From Patescibacteria group bacterium (lineage in GTDB: Bacteria; Patescibacteriota; Patescibacteriia; Magasanikbacterales; JBBTQS01), in NCBI GenBank assembly GCA_038065555.1, contig JBBTQS010000001.1, positions 741 through 64,740 of the forward strand: a stretch of 64,000 nt of DNA, in the 5' to 3' direction. Shown one piece after another: positions 47,276 to 57,429 of the stretch. Positions within the stretch are counted from its first letter, which is position 1, and each line of letters starts with the position of its first letter. Below the pieces are notes generated by a model, which had not been told where the DNA came from, did no database searches, and saw only the letters and a program-made list of their open reading frames with translations. The position numbers and the translations under genes are program-made.

Positions 47276-48193
47276 TTAGCGCAACGACTTCACTGCGTCG
47301 GCAATGCCTGTAGCAGTGAGACGATATCGCTCGAGGAAATGGTCTTGCATTCCGACACCTTTCGGGAATTCGTCGGTGATTGCGATGCGTGTGAATGCTG
47401 CGGGAGACACGCCAGCGTCAGCAAGTGCTTCAAGTACCGCGCTACCAAATCCACCGTGCGTAAGATGCTCTTCCACTGTCACGATGCCGCCAGTTTCGCG
47501 AGCGGCACTGATGACTGCGTCTGTGTCGAGCGGCTTCCAGGTGTGCATGCTCACAACGCGGCAGTGAATACCTTCGGCAGCAAGCGAATCTGCAGCCGCA
47601 ATAGCATTGGGCAATTGGCGACCTGTTACCAGAATCGTCGCGTCTTTGCCATCGCGAACTGGGAGTGCGCGGCCCAGTGTCACAGGAACATCAGCTGCGT
47701 GCACCACAGGTTCACCGCGCTTTGCAATGCGCATGTATGCTGGCTTGCCTCTGGTGTACATGGCGCGGGTGAGCGCAGCTACTTCGTGTGGATCGCCAGG
47801 CGAGAGCACTGCCATATTGGGCAAAATGCGCATGATTCCTAGGTCTTCCAGAGGGAAGTGTGTACAGCCAAATGTGCTGTAGCTGAACGTGCTTCCAGAT
47901 CCAATAATGAAGACTGGCAAATCTTGGTACGCAATATCGTTGCGGATTTGTTCGTAGCAGCGCATGGTCGCAAATGTCGCGATCGAGTAGGCAAAAACCT
48001 TCTTGCCAGCGAGCGCAAGTCCCGCTGCAACGCCCATGAGATTCTGCTCGGCGACACCAACATTGAGATACTGGCGTGGAAATTGCTTCATGAAATCCTC
48101 GAACACAGAGTAGCCCAAGTCGCCAGTCAACAAAAAGACGTTGGGATCTTCGGCAGCAAGTTGTGTGAGCGTGCGGACAAATGTTGGGCGCAT
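47276..48193 (-). CDS. Transketolase-like protein, C-terminal subunit
   Basis: 'LTGDLG', 'NVGVAEQN', 'RCYEQIRND', 'TVEEH...GGFGS'. Confidence 0.9.
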   Translation of the reverse strand: MRPTFVRTLTQLAAEDPNVFLLTGDLGYSVFEDFMKQFPRQYLNVGVAEQNLMGVAAGLALAGKKVFAYSIATFATMRCYEQIRNDIAYQDLPVFIIGSGSTFSYSTFGCTHFPLEDLGIMRILPNMAVLSPGDPHEVAALTRAMYTRGKPAYMRIAKRGEPVVHAADVPVTLGRALPVRDGKDATILVTGRQLPNAIAAADSLAAEGIHCRVVSMHTWKPLDTDAVISAARETGGIVTVEEHLTHGGFGSAVLEALADAGVSPAAFTRIAITDEFPKGVGMQDHFLERYRLTATGIADAVKSLR

Positions 48194-48194
48194 A

Positions 48195-49022
48195 TTAACC
48201 AAGTTCAGCTACAGCCGCGGCAAGATCCTCGGGCTTGAGATTTTTGTAATGCCAGTCTACGGTGTTCTCCATGTAGGAGACGCCTTTGCCCTTCACCGTG
48301 TGTGCGATGAGGACGAGCGGCTTGTCAGTGAGTCTGGGAGACTCGAGTGCTGTCACGATTTCGGTGAAGTCGTGGCCATTCACTTCGCGGACTTCCCAAC
48401 CCATCGATTCCCACTTGGTTGTGAAGGGTTCGAGATCAATGACGTCCTTGGTCATGCCAAATCCCTGACTCTTGTTGTAATCCACGAGTGCGATGAGATT
48501 GTTTGCACGCAAATGTCCTGCAAGCATTGCTGCTTCCCAGGTTGATCCTTCGTCGCATTCGCCGTCGCTCAAGACGACGAACGTTCGCCATGGCGCGCTG
48601 TCGTGTCGTGCAGCGAGTGCAAGTCCGAGTCCCATCGGCAGTCCGTGTCCAAGTGCTCCAGAAGTTGCTTCAATTCCTGGCGCAGAACCGTGCACAGGAT
48701 GCACCGCAAGTACGGTGTTGTCCTTTCCGTACACGTCGAGATGTGACGCAGGGAAGAATCCGCGTGTCTCAAGTGTTGCATAGAGTCCAAGTGCGCCGTG
48801 TCCTTTGCTCAGAATACAGCGATCGCGTTGTGGATTCTGAGGTTGCGTCGGATCAATGCGCATGACGCGGAAGTACAGTGCAACGAGAAGGTCAACTGGA
48901 GAGAGCGACGATCCAATGTGGCAGCAACCGCTCTGACTTGCAACCGTCAGGATGCGCGCGCGAATCGTGCGAGCAGTCTCTTGCAACTGCATGATTTCGT
49001 TAGAGGAAAGTGGGGTGTTCAT
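48195..49022 (-). CDS. Transketolase-like protein, N-terminal (ThDP-binding) subunit
   Basis: 'HIGSSLS', 'ILSKGH', 'GALGHGL', 'SDGECDEGSTWEA', 'HTVKGKG'. Confidence 0.92.
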   Translation of the reverse strand: MNTPLSSNEIMQLQETARTIRARILTVASQSGCCHIGSSLSPVDLLVALYFRVMRIDPTQPQNPQRDRCILSKGHGALGLYATLETRGFFPASHLDVYGKDNTVLAVHPVHGSAPGIEATSGALGHGLPMGLGLALAARHDSAPWRTFVVLSDGECDEGSTWEAAMLAGHLRANNLIALVDYNKSQGFGMTKDVIDLEPFTTKWESMGWEVREVNGHDFTEIVTALESPRLTDKPLVLIAHTVKGKGVSYMENTVDWHYKNLKPEDLAAAVAELG

Positions 49023-49935
49023 AAAACCAGGAAAGTGTTCGTGTAATACCAGCTTCGAGTGTGATCTTGGGCGACCACCCGAGGACTTCGCGCGTGTGTG
49101 TCATGTCTGCTTGCCAGAATGGAACATCGGCATTGCGTGCTGCAATTGCACCCACAGCTGTCTTGATCTCTTTGCCACTTACGCGCGCAATGGTGTCCAC
49201 CATTTCGCTAATAGGAATTTGTACTCCAGAGCCGAGATTGAAAATCGCTCCGGCGTGTACGTGTGTGCTCGCGAAGAGCATTGCATCAATAACATCGTCC
49301 ACATGAATGAAATCGCGTGGAGTAGTCGGGTCTGAAATCGGCAACTCTGTGCCTTGCATCGCTGCACGCACTGCTGCAGGAACAAGACGTGTTGGCGCTT
49401 CGTACGCGCCGTAAACAGAGAAGGGTCGCACCGTCACAATCGGCATCTGTGCTTCGCGAGCAAGTCGCTGGCCGTGCAGTGTGGCCCACGCCTTTGCAAC
49501 GCCGTATGCGGTGTGTGGCTCGAGCACCATGTCCTCGCGCATTGGCGCGGATTTGACTCCGTATTCTGATGAGCTGCCAGTGTGGATGATCGCGCGAATA
49601 CTCTCGACCCCACGGCACGCTTCGTAGAGCGCAGCAGTTCCATCAATAATCACGTGACGGATCTGCGTCTCGTCGTTTTGTCCGCGATTGCCGCCGTAGT
49701 GGGCGAGATGGAAGACGCGCTCGGGTGCAACAGACGTAATGATCTCGCGCAAGCGCGCAGCATCCGTGATATCGCATGTGTGGAATGTCACGCGGCCGTC
49801 GAGTTCTGTGTTGCGCGCTGCATTTGCTGAGTCTGGTCGCACGATCGCGTGGACTGTGTCGCCCACAGCCAATAACGCGCGCACAAGATTGGCGCCAATG
49901 AATCCGTGTGCACCGGTAACAATCGACGCTGACAT
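49000..49935 (-). CDS. NAD-dependent epimerase/dehydratase (NDP-sugar reductase-like)
   Basis: 'VTGAHGFIG', 'GSSSEYG', 'YGVAK', 'RDFIHVDD'. Confidence 0.9.
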   Translation of the reverse strand: MSASIVTGAHGFIGANLVRALLAVGDTVHAIVRPDSANAARNTELDGRVTFHTCDITDAARLREIITSVAPERVFHLAHYGGNRGQNDETQIRHVIIDGTAALYEACRGVESIRAIIHTGSSSEYGVKSAPMREDMVLEPHTAYGVAKAWATLHGQRLAREAQMPIVTVRPFSVYGAYEAPTRLVPAAVRAAMQGTELPISDPTTPRDFIHVDDVIDAMLFASTHVHAGAIFNLGSGVQIPISEMVDTIARVSGKEIKTAVGAIAARNADVPFWQADMTHTREVLGWSPKITLEAGITRTLSWFYEHPTFL

Positions 49936-49951
49936 ACGCGCGCGAGTGAAA

Positions 49952-51037
49952 TTAATGAAGCTCGACTTTGCCCTCAGCTGTCATGATCGGTACATGACGC
50001 ATCCAGACTTTGCGCTCCCACCATGGGCGATTTTGTACATACCACGCGATGGTGCGCTCGAGATTTTCTTCGAATGAGTGCTCTGGCTGCCAGCCGAGGC
50101 GTTCGGTGATCTTTGCAGCATTACCGATGTGCTTGAATACTTGTCCTGGGCGATCGCCGATGTTGATCGTGTGTGATGTGAACTGGAGTTCGCTCGCATT
50201 CTTGCGCAACATCGATGTGATGAGATTCGCGATTTCGAGCACAGAAATTGCTCGACCACTTGCGACGTTGAACACTTCGCCGTTGACCTTGTCATCAGGT
50301 GCAAGAATGATGAGCTCAAGTGCGCGTGCGAGATCCGTTGCATACGTGAAGTCGCGCATGGATTCACCGCGACCATGCACCGTCATTGGTTCTTCCAGAA
50401 GTGCGCTTGTTGCAAAACGTGGAATCAACTTCTCGAGATGTTGGTTCGGACCGAACACGTTGAATGGACGTACAATCACTGCTGGGATTTGGTACGTTGC
50501 AATATAGGAGTAGACGAGACGGTCAGCTCCTGCCTTCGCTGCAGCGTATGGCGATTGTGGCTCGAGAGGATGGACTTCATCCATCGGTTCGTAGCGCGCT
50601 GTTCCGTATACTTCGGAAGTTGAGATGTGGATGAAGCGGCGAATCGTCTTGCGATGGCGCAATACCGCATTGGCGATAGCGCGCGTACCCATGACATCTG
50701 TCTCGAAGAATTCCGCGTCACCGTAGATGGAGCGTGCAACGTGTGTTTCTGCGGCGAAGTGAATGATTACTTCGGACTGCGCAACCAATGTATCGACGAG
50801 GCGCTCGTTGCGCACATCGCCGTACCAAAATGTAAATCGAGAAGACTGGTGGAACTCGTCATCAATATTCTTGATGTCTCCTGCATAGGTGAGGAGATCG
50901 AGCACGTGAAAATGCGCTTCTGGGAATCGATTCCACAGATAGCGCAACGTGTTGCTGCCAATGAATCCCGCACCGCCAGTAATGAGAATCGATCGCGGTG
51001 CTGTTCCAGGGGTAAATCGCTCGTTTTGCTCTGACAT
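49952..51037 (-). CDS. rfbB: NDP(dTDP)-glucose 4,6-dehydratase
   Basis: 'ITGGAGFIGSN', 'DLLTYAG', 'HFAAETHV.RSI', 'HISTSEVYG', 'PQSPYAAAK', 'EKLIP'. Confidence 0.8.
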   Translation of the reverse strand: MSEQNERFTPGTAPRSILITGGAGFIGSNTLRYLWNRFPEAHFHVLDLLTYAGDIKNIDDEFHQSSRFTFWYGDVRNERLVDTLVAQSEVIIHFAAETHVARSIYGDAEFFETDVMGTRAIANAVLRHRKTIRRFIHISTSEVYGTARYEPMDEVHPLEPQSPYAAAKAGADRLVYSYIATYQIPAVIVRPFNVFGPNQHLEKLIPRFATSALLEEPMTVHGRGESMRDFTYATDLARALELIILAPDDKVNGEVFNVASGRAISVLEIANLITSMLRKNASELQFTSHTINIGDRPGQVFKHIGNAAKITERLGWQPEHSFEENLERTIAWYVQNRPWWERKVWMRHVPIMTAEGKVELH

Positions 51038-51112
51038 GCTGTACTTTTATTGATCTGATGGGTATGATAGCCACGGATGTAAAAAAACGCAAGGGTTACA
51101 GACGAATCGACT

Positions 51113-51745
51113 ATGCCAAGTATTTTTCGAACCAAAACACATGACGCGTTGCGTGGCCTCCCGCTGACAGGTCGAGTGGTTGATTTGGGCGGTGAACGCG
51201 GTGATCCGTATCACGCGCTTTTTGCAGGAACATTCACCGTAGAAACAGTGAATCTCAACACCAAGACTGCTCCAGACGTACTCGCTGATCTTGAGGCTCC
51301 ACTTCCATTCAAGGACGAGGAGTATGACGGCGCAATACTCATGAATGTACTCGAGCATGTGCTCGAAGCGCAGCAACTCGTGCGCGAGACGCATCGCGTG
51401 CTCAAGACGGGGAGTGTGGCGTACGCTGTCGTGCCATTTTTGTTTCCCATTCACCCAAGTCCAAAAGATTTTCATCGATTTACTTCTGATGCGCTCGTGC
51501 ATCTCTTTGCGCGCGGCGGATTCAAGAGTGTGAAGGTGCAGGTTATTGGCGGAGGCGTGTTCACGGTGCGCCATCTCCTGATTTCGAGATTGTATCCACG
51601 TCCGTTGGCCGCGGTCATAGAACCGATTGGTGCATGGTGTGCTCAAATGTGTGATCGGATCTTCGCTGCGCTTGCGCGAAGCTCTGGCAAAGGATATCGA
51701 CCAGAGCATTACCCGCTCGGGTATCTTGTCGAAGCAAAGAAATAA
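51113..51745 (+). CDS. Class I SAM-dependent methyltransferase-like protein
   Basis: 'VVDLGG', 'LPFKDEEYD', 'NVLEHV', 'PFLFPIHPSPKDFHRFT'. Confidence 0.8.
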   Translation: MPSIFRTKTHDALRGLPLTGRVVDLGGERGDPYHALFAGTFTVETVNLNTKTAPDVLADLEAPLPFKDEEYDGAILMNVLEHVLEAQQLVRETHRVLKTGSVAYAVVPFLFPIHPSPKDFHRFTSDALVHLFARGGFKSVKVQVIGGGVFTVRHLLISRLYPRPLAAVIEPIGAWCAQMCDRIFAALARSSGKGYRPEHYPLGYLVEAKK

Positions 51746-51747
51746 CT

Positions 51748-52716
51748 ATGCAGTGTGGCGTTTGTTTGCGTGAGACTGCGTGTACACAACGAGAGACATA
51801 TCGTGAATTTTCGTTGTGGGAATGTGCACAGTGTTCTGGTCAATTCTGGAATCCGATGACCAATCCTGGAGCCGCGTGGTATGAGAAGGACGAACGCTAC
51901 AGTGATCGCAACGCTGCGCCACTGCGCAGACCTGTGCATACGCATCGCGCATTTCTGGACGAGAATCCAGCGCCAGGTGGTCGTGTGCTTGATGTGGGCA
52001 TGGGAACGGGTAATTTTCTCTCAGCAGCAAAGCAAAAGGGATATGAAGTTTGGGGGATTGATTTCGATCGCGACGCTATTGCGGTTGCACGAGAGCAATT
52101 CGGGCTCGAGCATGTGCATGTGGCGTCCCTCGAGCAGTTGCGTGAGCAATTTCCTGACAAACAATTCAACGCGATTACATTGTTTGAAGTGCTCGAGCAT
52201 GTAGAATCTCCGTCGGCGCTCATGCAGTCGATCCACAGCGCGCTTGCTGATGGCGGATATGTGGCAATTAGCGTGCCATATCGTCGTGGTTCGCGTCTTT
52301 TGATGCCAGCAGATTTGCCTCCGCGCCATCTCACGCGTTGGAATCGAGCGGCAATGCGTAATCTATTAGAACAACATGGATTTGAAGTGGTGCGGTTTCG
52401 TTGTTTTGCAGCGTCACTCACGTATGTGGTGACGAAATTTCATTTTTGGACGCGCGGATATCTGAGCTTTGGGTTAGTGAACAAGTTGAAGCGGCGTACG
52501 ATGGCGTCGTCCACTACCGGAGCAGCTGCACCGCAGTCTGCTGGTGCGACATCTGTGCGTCCTGCGCGCAGTGTCAGCGCGCTCTTCATCCTTGCGAAGA
52601 CAAAGGATTACGTATTGTTCACAATCCCTGCGCTTGTGCTCATGGCGTATTTGGCGATGCGCGGTGAATTGCGTATCAGTCTCTACGCACTTGCACGCAA
52701 GAAATCAACCGTATGA
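51748..52716 (+). CDS. Class I SAM-dependent methyltransferase with N-terminal Zn ribbon
   Basis: CGVC/CAQC, 'VLDVGMGTG', 'FEVLEHV', 'PPRHL'. Confidence 0.87.
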   Translation: MQCGVCLRETACTQRETYREFSLWECAQCSGQFWNPMTNPGAAWYEKDERYSDRNAAPLRRPVHTHRAFLDENPAPGGRVLDVGMGTGNFLSAAKQKGYEVWGIDFDRDAIAVAREQFGLEHVHVASLEQLREQFPDKQFNAITLFEVLEHVESPSALMQSIHSALADGGYVAISVPYRRGSRLLMPADLPPRHLTRWNRAAMRNLLEQHGFEVVRFRCFAASLTYVVTKFHFWTRGYLSFGLVNKLKRRTMASSTTGAAAPQSAGATSVRPARSVSALFILAKTKDYVLFTIPALVLMAYLAMRGELRISLYALARKKSTV

Positions 52717-53981
52717 TGCAAGGTCTTCGACAATGGGCGTACCGGTTGCTGCGACGCACGGAGATCTATTTCAAAACAGATATGGTCTCGCTCACGAAGA
52801 GTGGGTTTTGGCTCGCCGCAGCGCAAGGCGTTGCTGCAGTTACGTCATTTCTGTTGTCGATTGCATTTGCGTATTTCCTTCCACAAGAAGTGTACGGTCA
52901 CTACAAATTCTTTCTCTCGATTGCGGCAATTATCAGCGCCGTATCTCTCACAGGTCTGAGCATCCCAGTGACACAACTAGTTGCACAGGGCAAAGAGCGC
53001 GCGTTGCGCATTGCATTTCGACAGAACATTCGCTGGAGTATTCCACTTATGCTCGTGGCTGCTGCTGGCGTGGTGTATTACCTGCTGCAAGACAATATAT
53101 TGTTGGCGTATGGCGTCGGCGTGATTGGATTGTGCGCGCCATTTATCAATGGTGGCGGACTCTACAGTGCGTACTGGTCGGGCAAATCTGACTTCCGTAC
53201 GTATGCGCTCTATTGGGTGGCGGTCAATAGCACGACAGCACTTGCGATTCTCATGTGCATGTTCCTCACGCACTCTGAGTATGCGCTGGTTACCACGTAC
53301 TTTGTAGTGAGTGCAGTGACAAATATGATTGCGTATCTCATGGCATCGCGCAGCATCAGCGCGCACAAAGCCACAGCTGACGAAGACAAAATTGTTTCGT
53401 ACAGTCTGCATTTGAGCGCGATCAATCTCTTGCAGACAATCACGAGTCAAATCGATCGCATTCTCGTATTCCATTATGTGGGAGCAGCTGGAATGGCAGT
53501 GTACGCATTTGCTATCGCGATTCCAGATCAAGTGCGTGCGGTACTCAAGGGTGCGGCTCGCATCGCATTGCCCAAGTTCGCGACCCGCAGTCTCGATTCG
53601 ATTCAGCAAACGCTCACCGCAAAACTGTTGCGATTCGGTGTTGTAATACTTGTGCTCACGGCACTCTATGTCGTTGCTGCACCGTATATCTTCACGTGGT
53701 TGTTCCCGAAGTATATGGAGTCTGTGCCGTATTCGCAGTTGCTCGCGGCAACGATTATCACAGTGCTTGGATCAATGCCACTGGCTGCGCTACAGGCGCA
53801 TAGCGCAACGCGCGAGCTATACCAGCACGCGATTTTCATGAATATTATCCAGATCGTGCTCACGGTGACGCTCATTGCCAACTACGGACTCATGGGCGCG
53901 GTATGGGCAACGATTGCAACACGATTTATTTCTCTGGTTGTTCCGAGTGTGCTCCTAGCGATTCGAAAAGAGCGCTCATAA
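52713..53981 (+). CDS. wzx: Oligosaccharide flippase (Wzx/MOP family)
   Basis: About 12 TM segments; 'LPQEVYGHY', 'QIDRILV', 'YGLMGAVWA'. Confidence 0.82.
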   Translation: MMQGLRQWAYRLLRRTEIYFKTDMVSLTKSGFWLAAAQGVAAVTSFLLSIAFAYFLPQEVYGHYKFFLSIAAIISAVSLTGLSIPVTQLVAQGKERALRIAFRQNIRWSIPLMLVAAAGVVYYLLQDNILLAYGVGVIGLCAPFINGGGLYSAYWSGKSDFRTYALYWVAVNSTTALAILMCMFLTHSEYALVTTYFVVSAVTNMIAYLMASRSISAHKATADEDKIVSYSLHLSAINLLQTITSQIDRILVFHYVGAAGMAVYAFAIAIPDQVRAVLKGAARIALPKFATRSLDSIQQTLTAKLLRFGVVILVLTALYVVAAPYIFTWLFPKYMESVPYSQLLAATIITVLGSMPLAALQAHSATRELYQHAIFMNIIQIVLTVTLIANYGLMGAVWATIATRFISLVVPSVLLAIRKERS

Positions 53982-54996
53982 ATCGATCGTAGCGCAGCTG
54001 CGTGCGGAAGAGCTCGCGAGCGCGTTCTTGTCGTGCACGCCACGATTCGGGTGTGTGACTTGCGTAGTAATTGGCAACGCGGTCGGGGAGTGTGTGCAGC
54101 TCTGTATAGGGCACGCGCAAGATGACTGATTCGTAGTCGATCACGTCTTCGCGTGGCAATACACAGTCCGTATCAATGAGAATCGGCACGCGCCCGAGCG
54201 CCAATGCTTCGTAGAATCGAACTGAGAAATTGCCGTCACCCTTGGGTGCGAGCACGAAGTCGCTGTTGATCATAGAATCAACATATTCTTTGCGCGCTAC
54301 AACAGGATCCATTGAAATCGTTTTCTTACTCGCTGAGAACGTCTGGCGAATGATGAAATTCGTACGAACATGTGGTGAATTTGCAAGTGCACGCATTGCT
54401 GCACAACGGAAATAGATTCCTTTGCGGTGTACTTCCAAATGCGCATCGCGTGTTATCAATTTTCGCAGCGAAAGAAGGAGGTTCTTTATCTGATATTTCA
54501 CGTAAGCACTGTGTGAAGCAAATCCCGCCCATCCGCAAAAGCTAACGACAGGTGTATCGGATTTCTCACGCAGGTGTACGCCGAATTGCTCGCCGAGGTC
54601 TTCGACCAGAGGCGGCACGATGATTTCATTTGGTTGGCGCAAGTATCCGTACTGTGATCCTTTGCACAGTACGACGTCTGGTACAAAAACATCGTGTGAG
54701 AGGTCGCCACGCGTAAATACCACCACAGGCTTGCCAGCAGCGCGCGCTGCAGCAACCTGTACATCCAGATACGCGCGGATTGCAGGCGTCACGCGTCTGA
54801 TAGGTTGTGGTACGAGCACAATGTCAGCGTCCTCGTAATTCTCTACAAGCGTGAACCCTGTATAGCTGTAATCACTAGGAAGCGCCTGAGTGAAGAGTGT
54901 ATTCTCATGTGCCTGCGCCGCATTGCCGCGTGCTGATTGCACCAAGAATAATTCTGGTGATTCGTCGAACTTGGGCGCAAGCCACACGTGTTTCAT
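53926..54996 (-). CDS. Exostosin-family (GT47-like) glycosyltransferase
   Basis: 'SFCGW', 'YVDSMINSDFVLAPKGDGNFSVRFYEALALGRVPILI...LP'. Confidence 0.82.
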   Translation of the reverse strand: MKHVWLAPKFDESPELFLVQSARGNAAQAHENTLFTQALPSDYSYTGFTLVENYEDADIVLVPQPIRRVTPAIRAYLDVQVAAARAAGKPVVVFTRGDLSHDVFVPDVVLCKGSQYGYLRQPNEIIVPPLVEDLGEQFGVHLREKSDTPVVSFCGWAGFASHSAYVKYQIKNLLLSLRKLITRDAHLEVHRKGIYFRCAAMRALANSPHVRTNFIIRQTFSASKKTISMDPVVARKEYVDSMINSDFVLAPKGDGNFSVRFYEALALGRVPILIDTDCVLPREDVIDYESVILRVPYTELHTLPDRVANYYASHTPESWRARQERARELFRTQLRYDRFMSALFESLGAHSEQPEK

Positions 54997-55069
54997 ATGC
55001 ACCTATCCTACCGTGGACCGACCCGTTCTTGCAAAAAGCATCTTTTTCGCGGCATACTACCCAAAACCT

Positions 55070-56668
55070 ATGTACCACCATCTGAAATCGCTTTTTGGGT
55101 CCACTCGTTTGGATCGCATTGCACTTGCGCTCATTGGCATCGCGTTTGCCATTCGTCTGATCATCGCTTGTTTGCCTGTTACAGCGCTTGCGGTGTGGTT
55201 TGTTCCTGACGATTCGTTCTATTATTTCAAAATCAGTCAGCATGTTGCGACTGGCGTTGGGTCGACATTTGATGGCGAACATCTGACCAACGGATACCAT
55301 CCGCTCTGGATGCTTATCGTCGCGGGCAGTATGGCAATCTTTGGCGGGCTTGGTGAAATGGCGCCAGTACATGCAGCACTCATTCTCAGCGCGATTCTCG
55401 ATACAGCTACGCTTGTGTTGGTGTATGCCATTGCGCGCAAGGTATTTGCGCATCCCGCGCCGCGAATTGCTGTGCTCGCTCTCGTAGCGCTGAGTCCGGT
55501 GCAAATTGGTTGGGCGGTGAATGGACTCGAGACGAGTCTTGCGGGATTGCTCGCTGTCACTCTTGCAGCATTCCCGATTTTTTATGGTGCTGGTCGCTGG
55601 CCGCTTCGCCGACTCATTATCTGGGGCGTACTTGGTGGCCTCATGATTCTTGCGCGTACTGATTACGGTCTCTATCCGTTTTTGCTCTCGACATGGTATC
55701 TGTGGCGCAACCGAACGGAATTCATGCGTACCGCGCTCGCACTCGCGCTTCCAGCAATTGCAGTTGTCCTTCCGTGGGTACTCTGGAGCTGGTCAGCTGT
55801 TGGAACACCTGTGCAGGAGAGTGGTCTTGCGCTGACACACACCAATCGCGAACTCTTCTTCTACAAGCCGCGTGACGTGGGGACACTCATTCTCTGGTCC
55901 ACATATCAGTTCTTGTTGGCGCTCAAGATGGCGATCGAACAGACAGGTGTCGCAGCCCTTACTATCGCCACAGCGCTCGTTGTTGCGGTGCGTGTGACTC
56001 TGCGTCGTGCGTATCTCTCACAGCTGCGTGCAGCAATTGCAACAGATACAGCGCAAGTTGCGTGGGTGATCGCTGGAGCATCGCTCTTACTCATCTTTGT
56101 GCACGGTGCACTACGTTGGACACCACGTGATTGGTACTTCATCGCGCCTGCGATACTCATGACATTTCTCATGGTTGCAGGATTGCGAAGTCTCTTGGAA
56201 TCAGCACCACGTCGCACACTTGCAATGCTCGGAGTGATTGCCGTTGCATTGTTCATACTCACCGCTGTCGAGATCTATCCCAAGCATCCCGCTGCCAGAG
56301 ACATGGTCGCAACTGCGTACTGGTTGCGTGAGCATACGCCAGCCGACGCACGCATCGCTGCATTTAACAGTGGCATCTACGGCTATCTTTCGCAGCGCTA
56401 TGTACTCAACAGCGATGGGCTCGTGAGTCACGACACATTCCGCGCGATTCGCAATCGTGAGTTACTCGCATTCTGGCAGCGCACAGGGATCACGCATTTC
56501 CTCGACTTCGATATTGCGCGCACCTATCGCTACCGCACATTCTTCGGTGTGCCAGAAATCGAGCGCTACCTCAATGAAGTGACAACGCGATCAGCACCTG
56601 ACAGCGGATATCATGGTTCACAATTGCGTCTTTACACTGTGGACTACGCGCCACCGATGATCCGTTGA
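55070..56668 (+). CDS. GT-C-fold membrane glycosyltransferase
   Basis: 'PDDSFYYFKIS...G.GSTFDG...TNGYHPLW', 'NGLET', 'LARTD', 'NSDGLV'; many TM segments. Confidence 0.75.
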   Translation: MYHHLKSLFGSTRLDRIALALIGIAFAIRLIIACLPVTALAVWFVPDDSFYYFKISQHVATGVGSTFDGEHLTNGYHPLWMLIVAGSMAIFGGLGEMAPVHAALILSAILDTATLVLVYAIARKVFAHPAPRIAVLALVALSPVQIGWAVNGLETSLAGLLAVTLAAFPIFYGAGRWPLRRLIIWGVLGGLMILARTDYGLYPFLLSTWYLWRNRTEFMRTALALALPAIAVVLPWVLWSWSAVGTPVQESGLALTHTNRELFFYKPRDVGTLILWSTYQFLLALKMAIEQTGVAALTIATALVVAVRVTLRRAYLSQLRAAIATDTAQVAWVIAGASLLLIFVHGALRWTPRDWYFIAPAILMTFLMVAGLRSLLESAPRRTLAMLGVIAVALFILTAVEIYPKHPAARDMVATAYWLREHTPADARIAAFNSGIYGYLSQRYVLNSDGLVSHDTFRAIRNRELLAFWQRTGITHFLDFDIARTYRYRTFFGVPEIERYLNEVTTRSAPDSGYHGSQLRLYTVDYAPPMIR

Positions 56669-56709
56669 CCCGTCCCAGACCTTCTGGTACGATTCGGGCA
56701 CACAAATAT

Positions 56710-57426
56710 ATGGAGAAGCTGGCTGTTTCGGTAATTGTTCCGGTAATGAATGAAACGATCTCGTTGCGCAAGACCGTCCGCATTCTTGTTGCCGAAAACG
56801 CTCCGTCTATTCACGAGATTCTCATTGCAGTCTCGCCCAAGTTCACCACACCAGAGAGTCGCGCCGTGATCAGTGATCTCCAGAAGGAGTATAAGCACAT
56901 CCGCGTTGTGGAGCAGCAAAAACCATATCTGGGCGGTGCACTCCAAGACACGTTCGAAGTGGCCACAGGAACGCATTTCCTCCTCATGGCATCAGACCTC
57001 GAAACCAATCCGTCGCACGTGAAGCATCTCATCGCACGCATGCGCACGGGGAACGTCGATATTGTCGCAACAACGCGTTGGTCCAAGCGCGGCGGGTTCC
57101 GTGGGTACAATCCTGTGAAGTGGCTGCTCAACTGGGTGTTCCAGAAGATGGTTGCTGTACTTTACGGCGCACGCCTGACTGATCTCACGTTTGGGTTCCG
57201 TCTCTATCGCCGTGAAGCCCTCCAGGGATTTCATTGGACTGAGTTGCGCCACCCATTCCTTCTCGAATGTATTCTCAAGCCGCTGCGCGCAGGATTCACG
57301 GTGACGGAGATTCCTAGTGACTGGACTGCGCGTACCGAAGGTGTTTCGCAGAACACGTTCCTTGCGAATTTTGCGTATGTGAAGACCGCGTGGCGCATCC
57401 GTTTCGCGCCGCGCAAATCAATATAA
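56710..57426 (+). CDS. GT2 polyprenol-phosphate glycosyltransferase (DPM-synthase-like)
   Basis: 'SVIVPVMNE', 'MASDLET.P', 'DIVATTRW', 'TDLTFGFRLY', 'EIP...R..G.S'. Confidence 0.85.
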   Translation: MEKLAVSVIVPVMNETISLRKTVRILVAENAPSIHEILIAVSPKFTTPESRAVISDLQKEYKHIRVVEQQKPYLGGALQDTFEVATGTHFLLMASDLETNPSHVKHLIARMRTGNVDIVATTRWSKRGGFRGYNPVKWLLNWVFQKMVAVLYGARLTDLTFGFRLYRREALQGFHWTELRHPFLLECILKPLRAGFTVTEIPSDWTARTEGVSQNTFLANFAYVKTAWRIRFAPRKSI

Positions 57427-57429
57427 TGT

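Noticed and set aside
53926-53981. 56-nt convergent overlap of the flippase and exostosin genes
   Set aside because: Short 3' overlaps are common in compact genomes, and there is no other signal.
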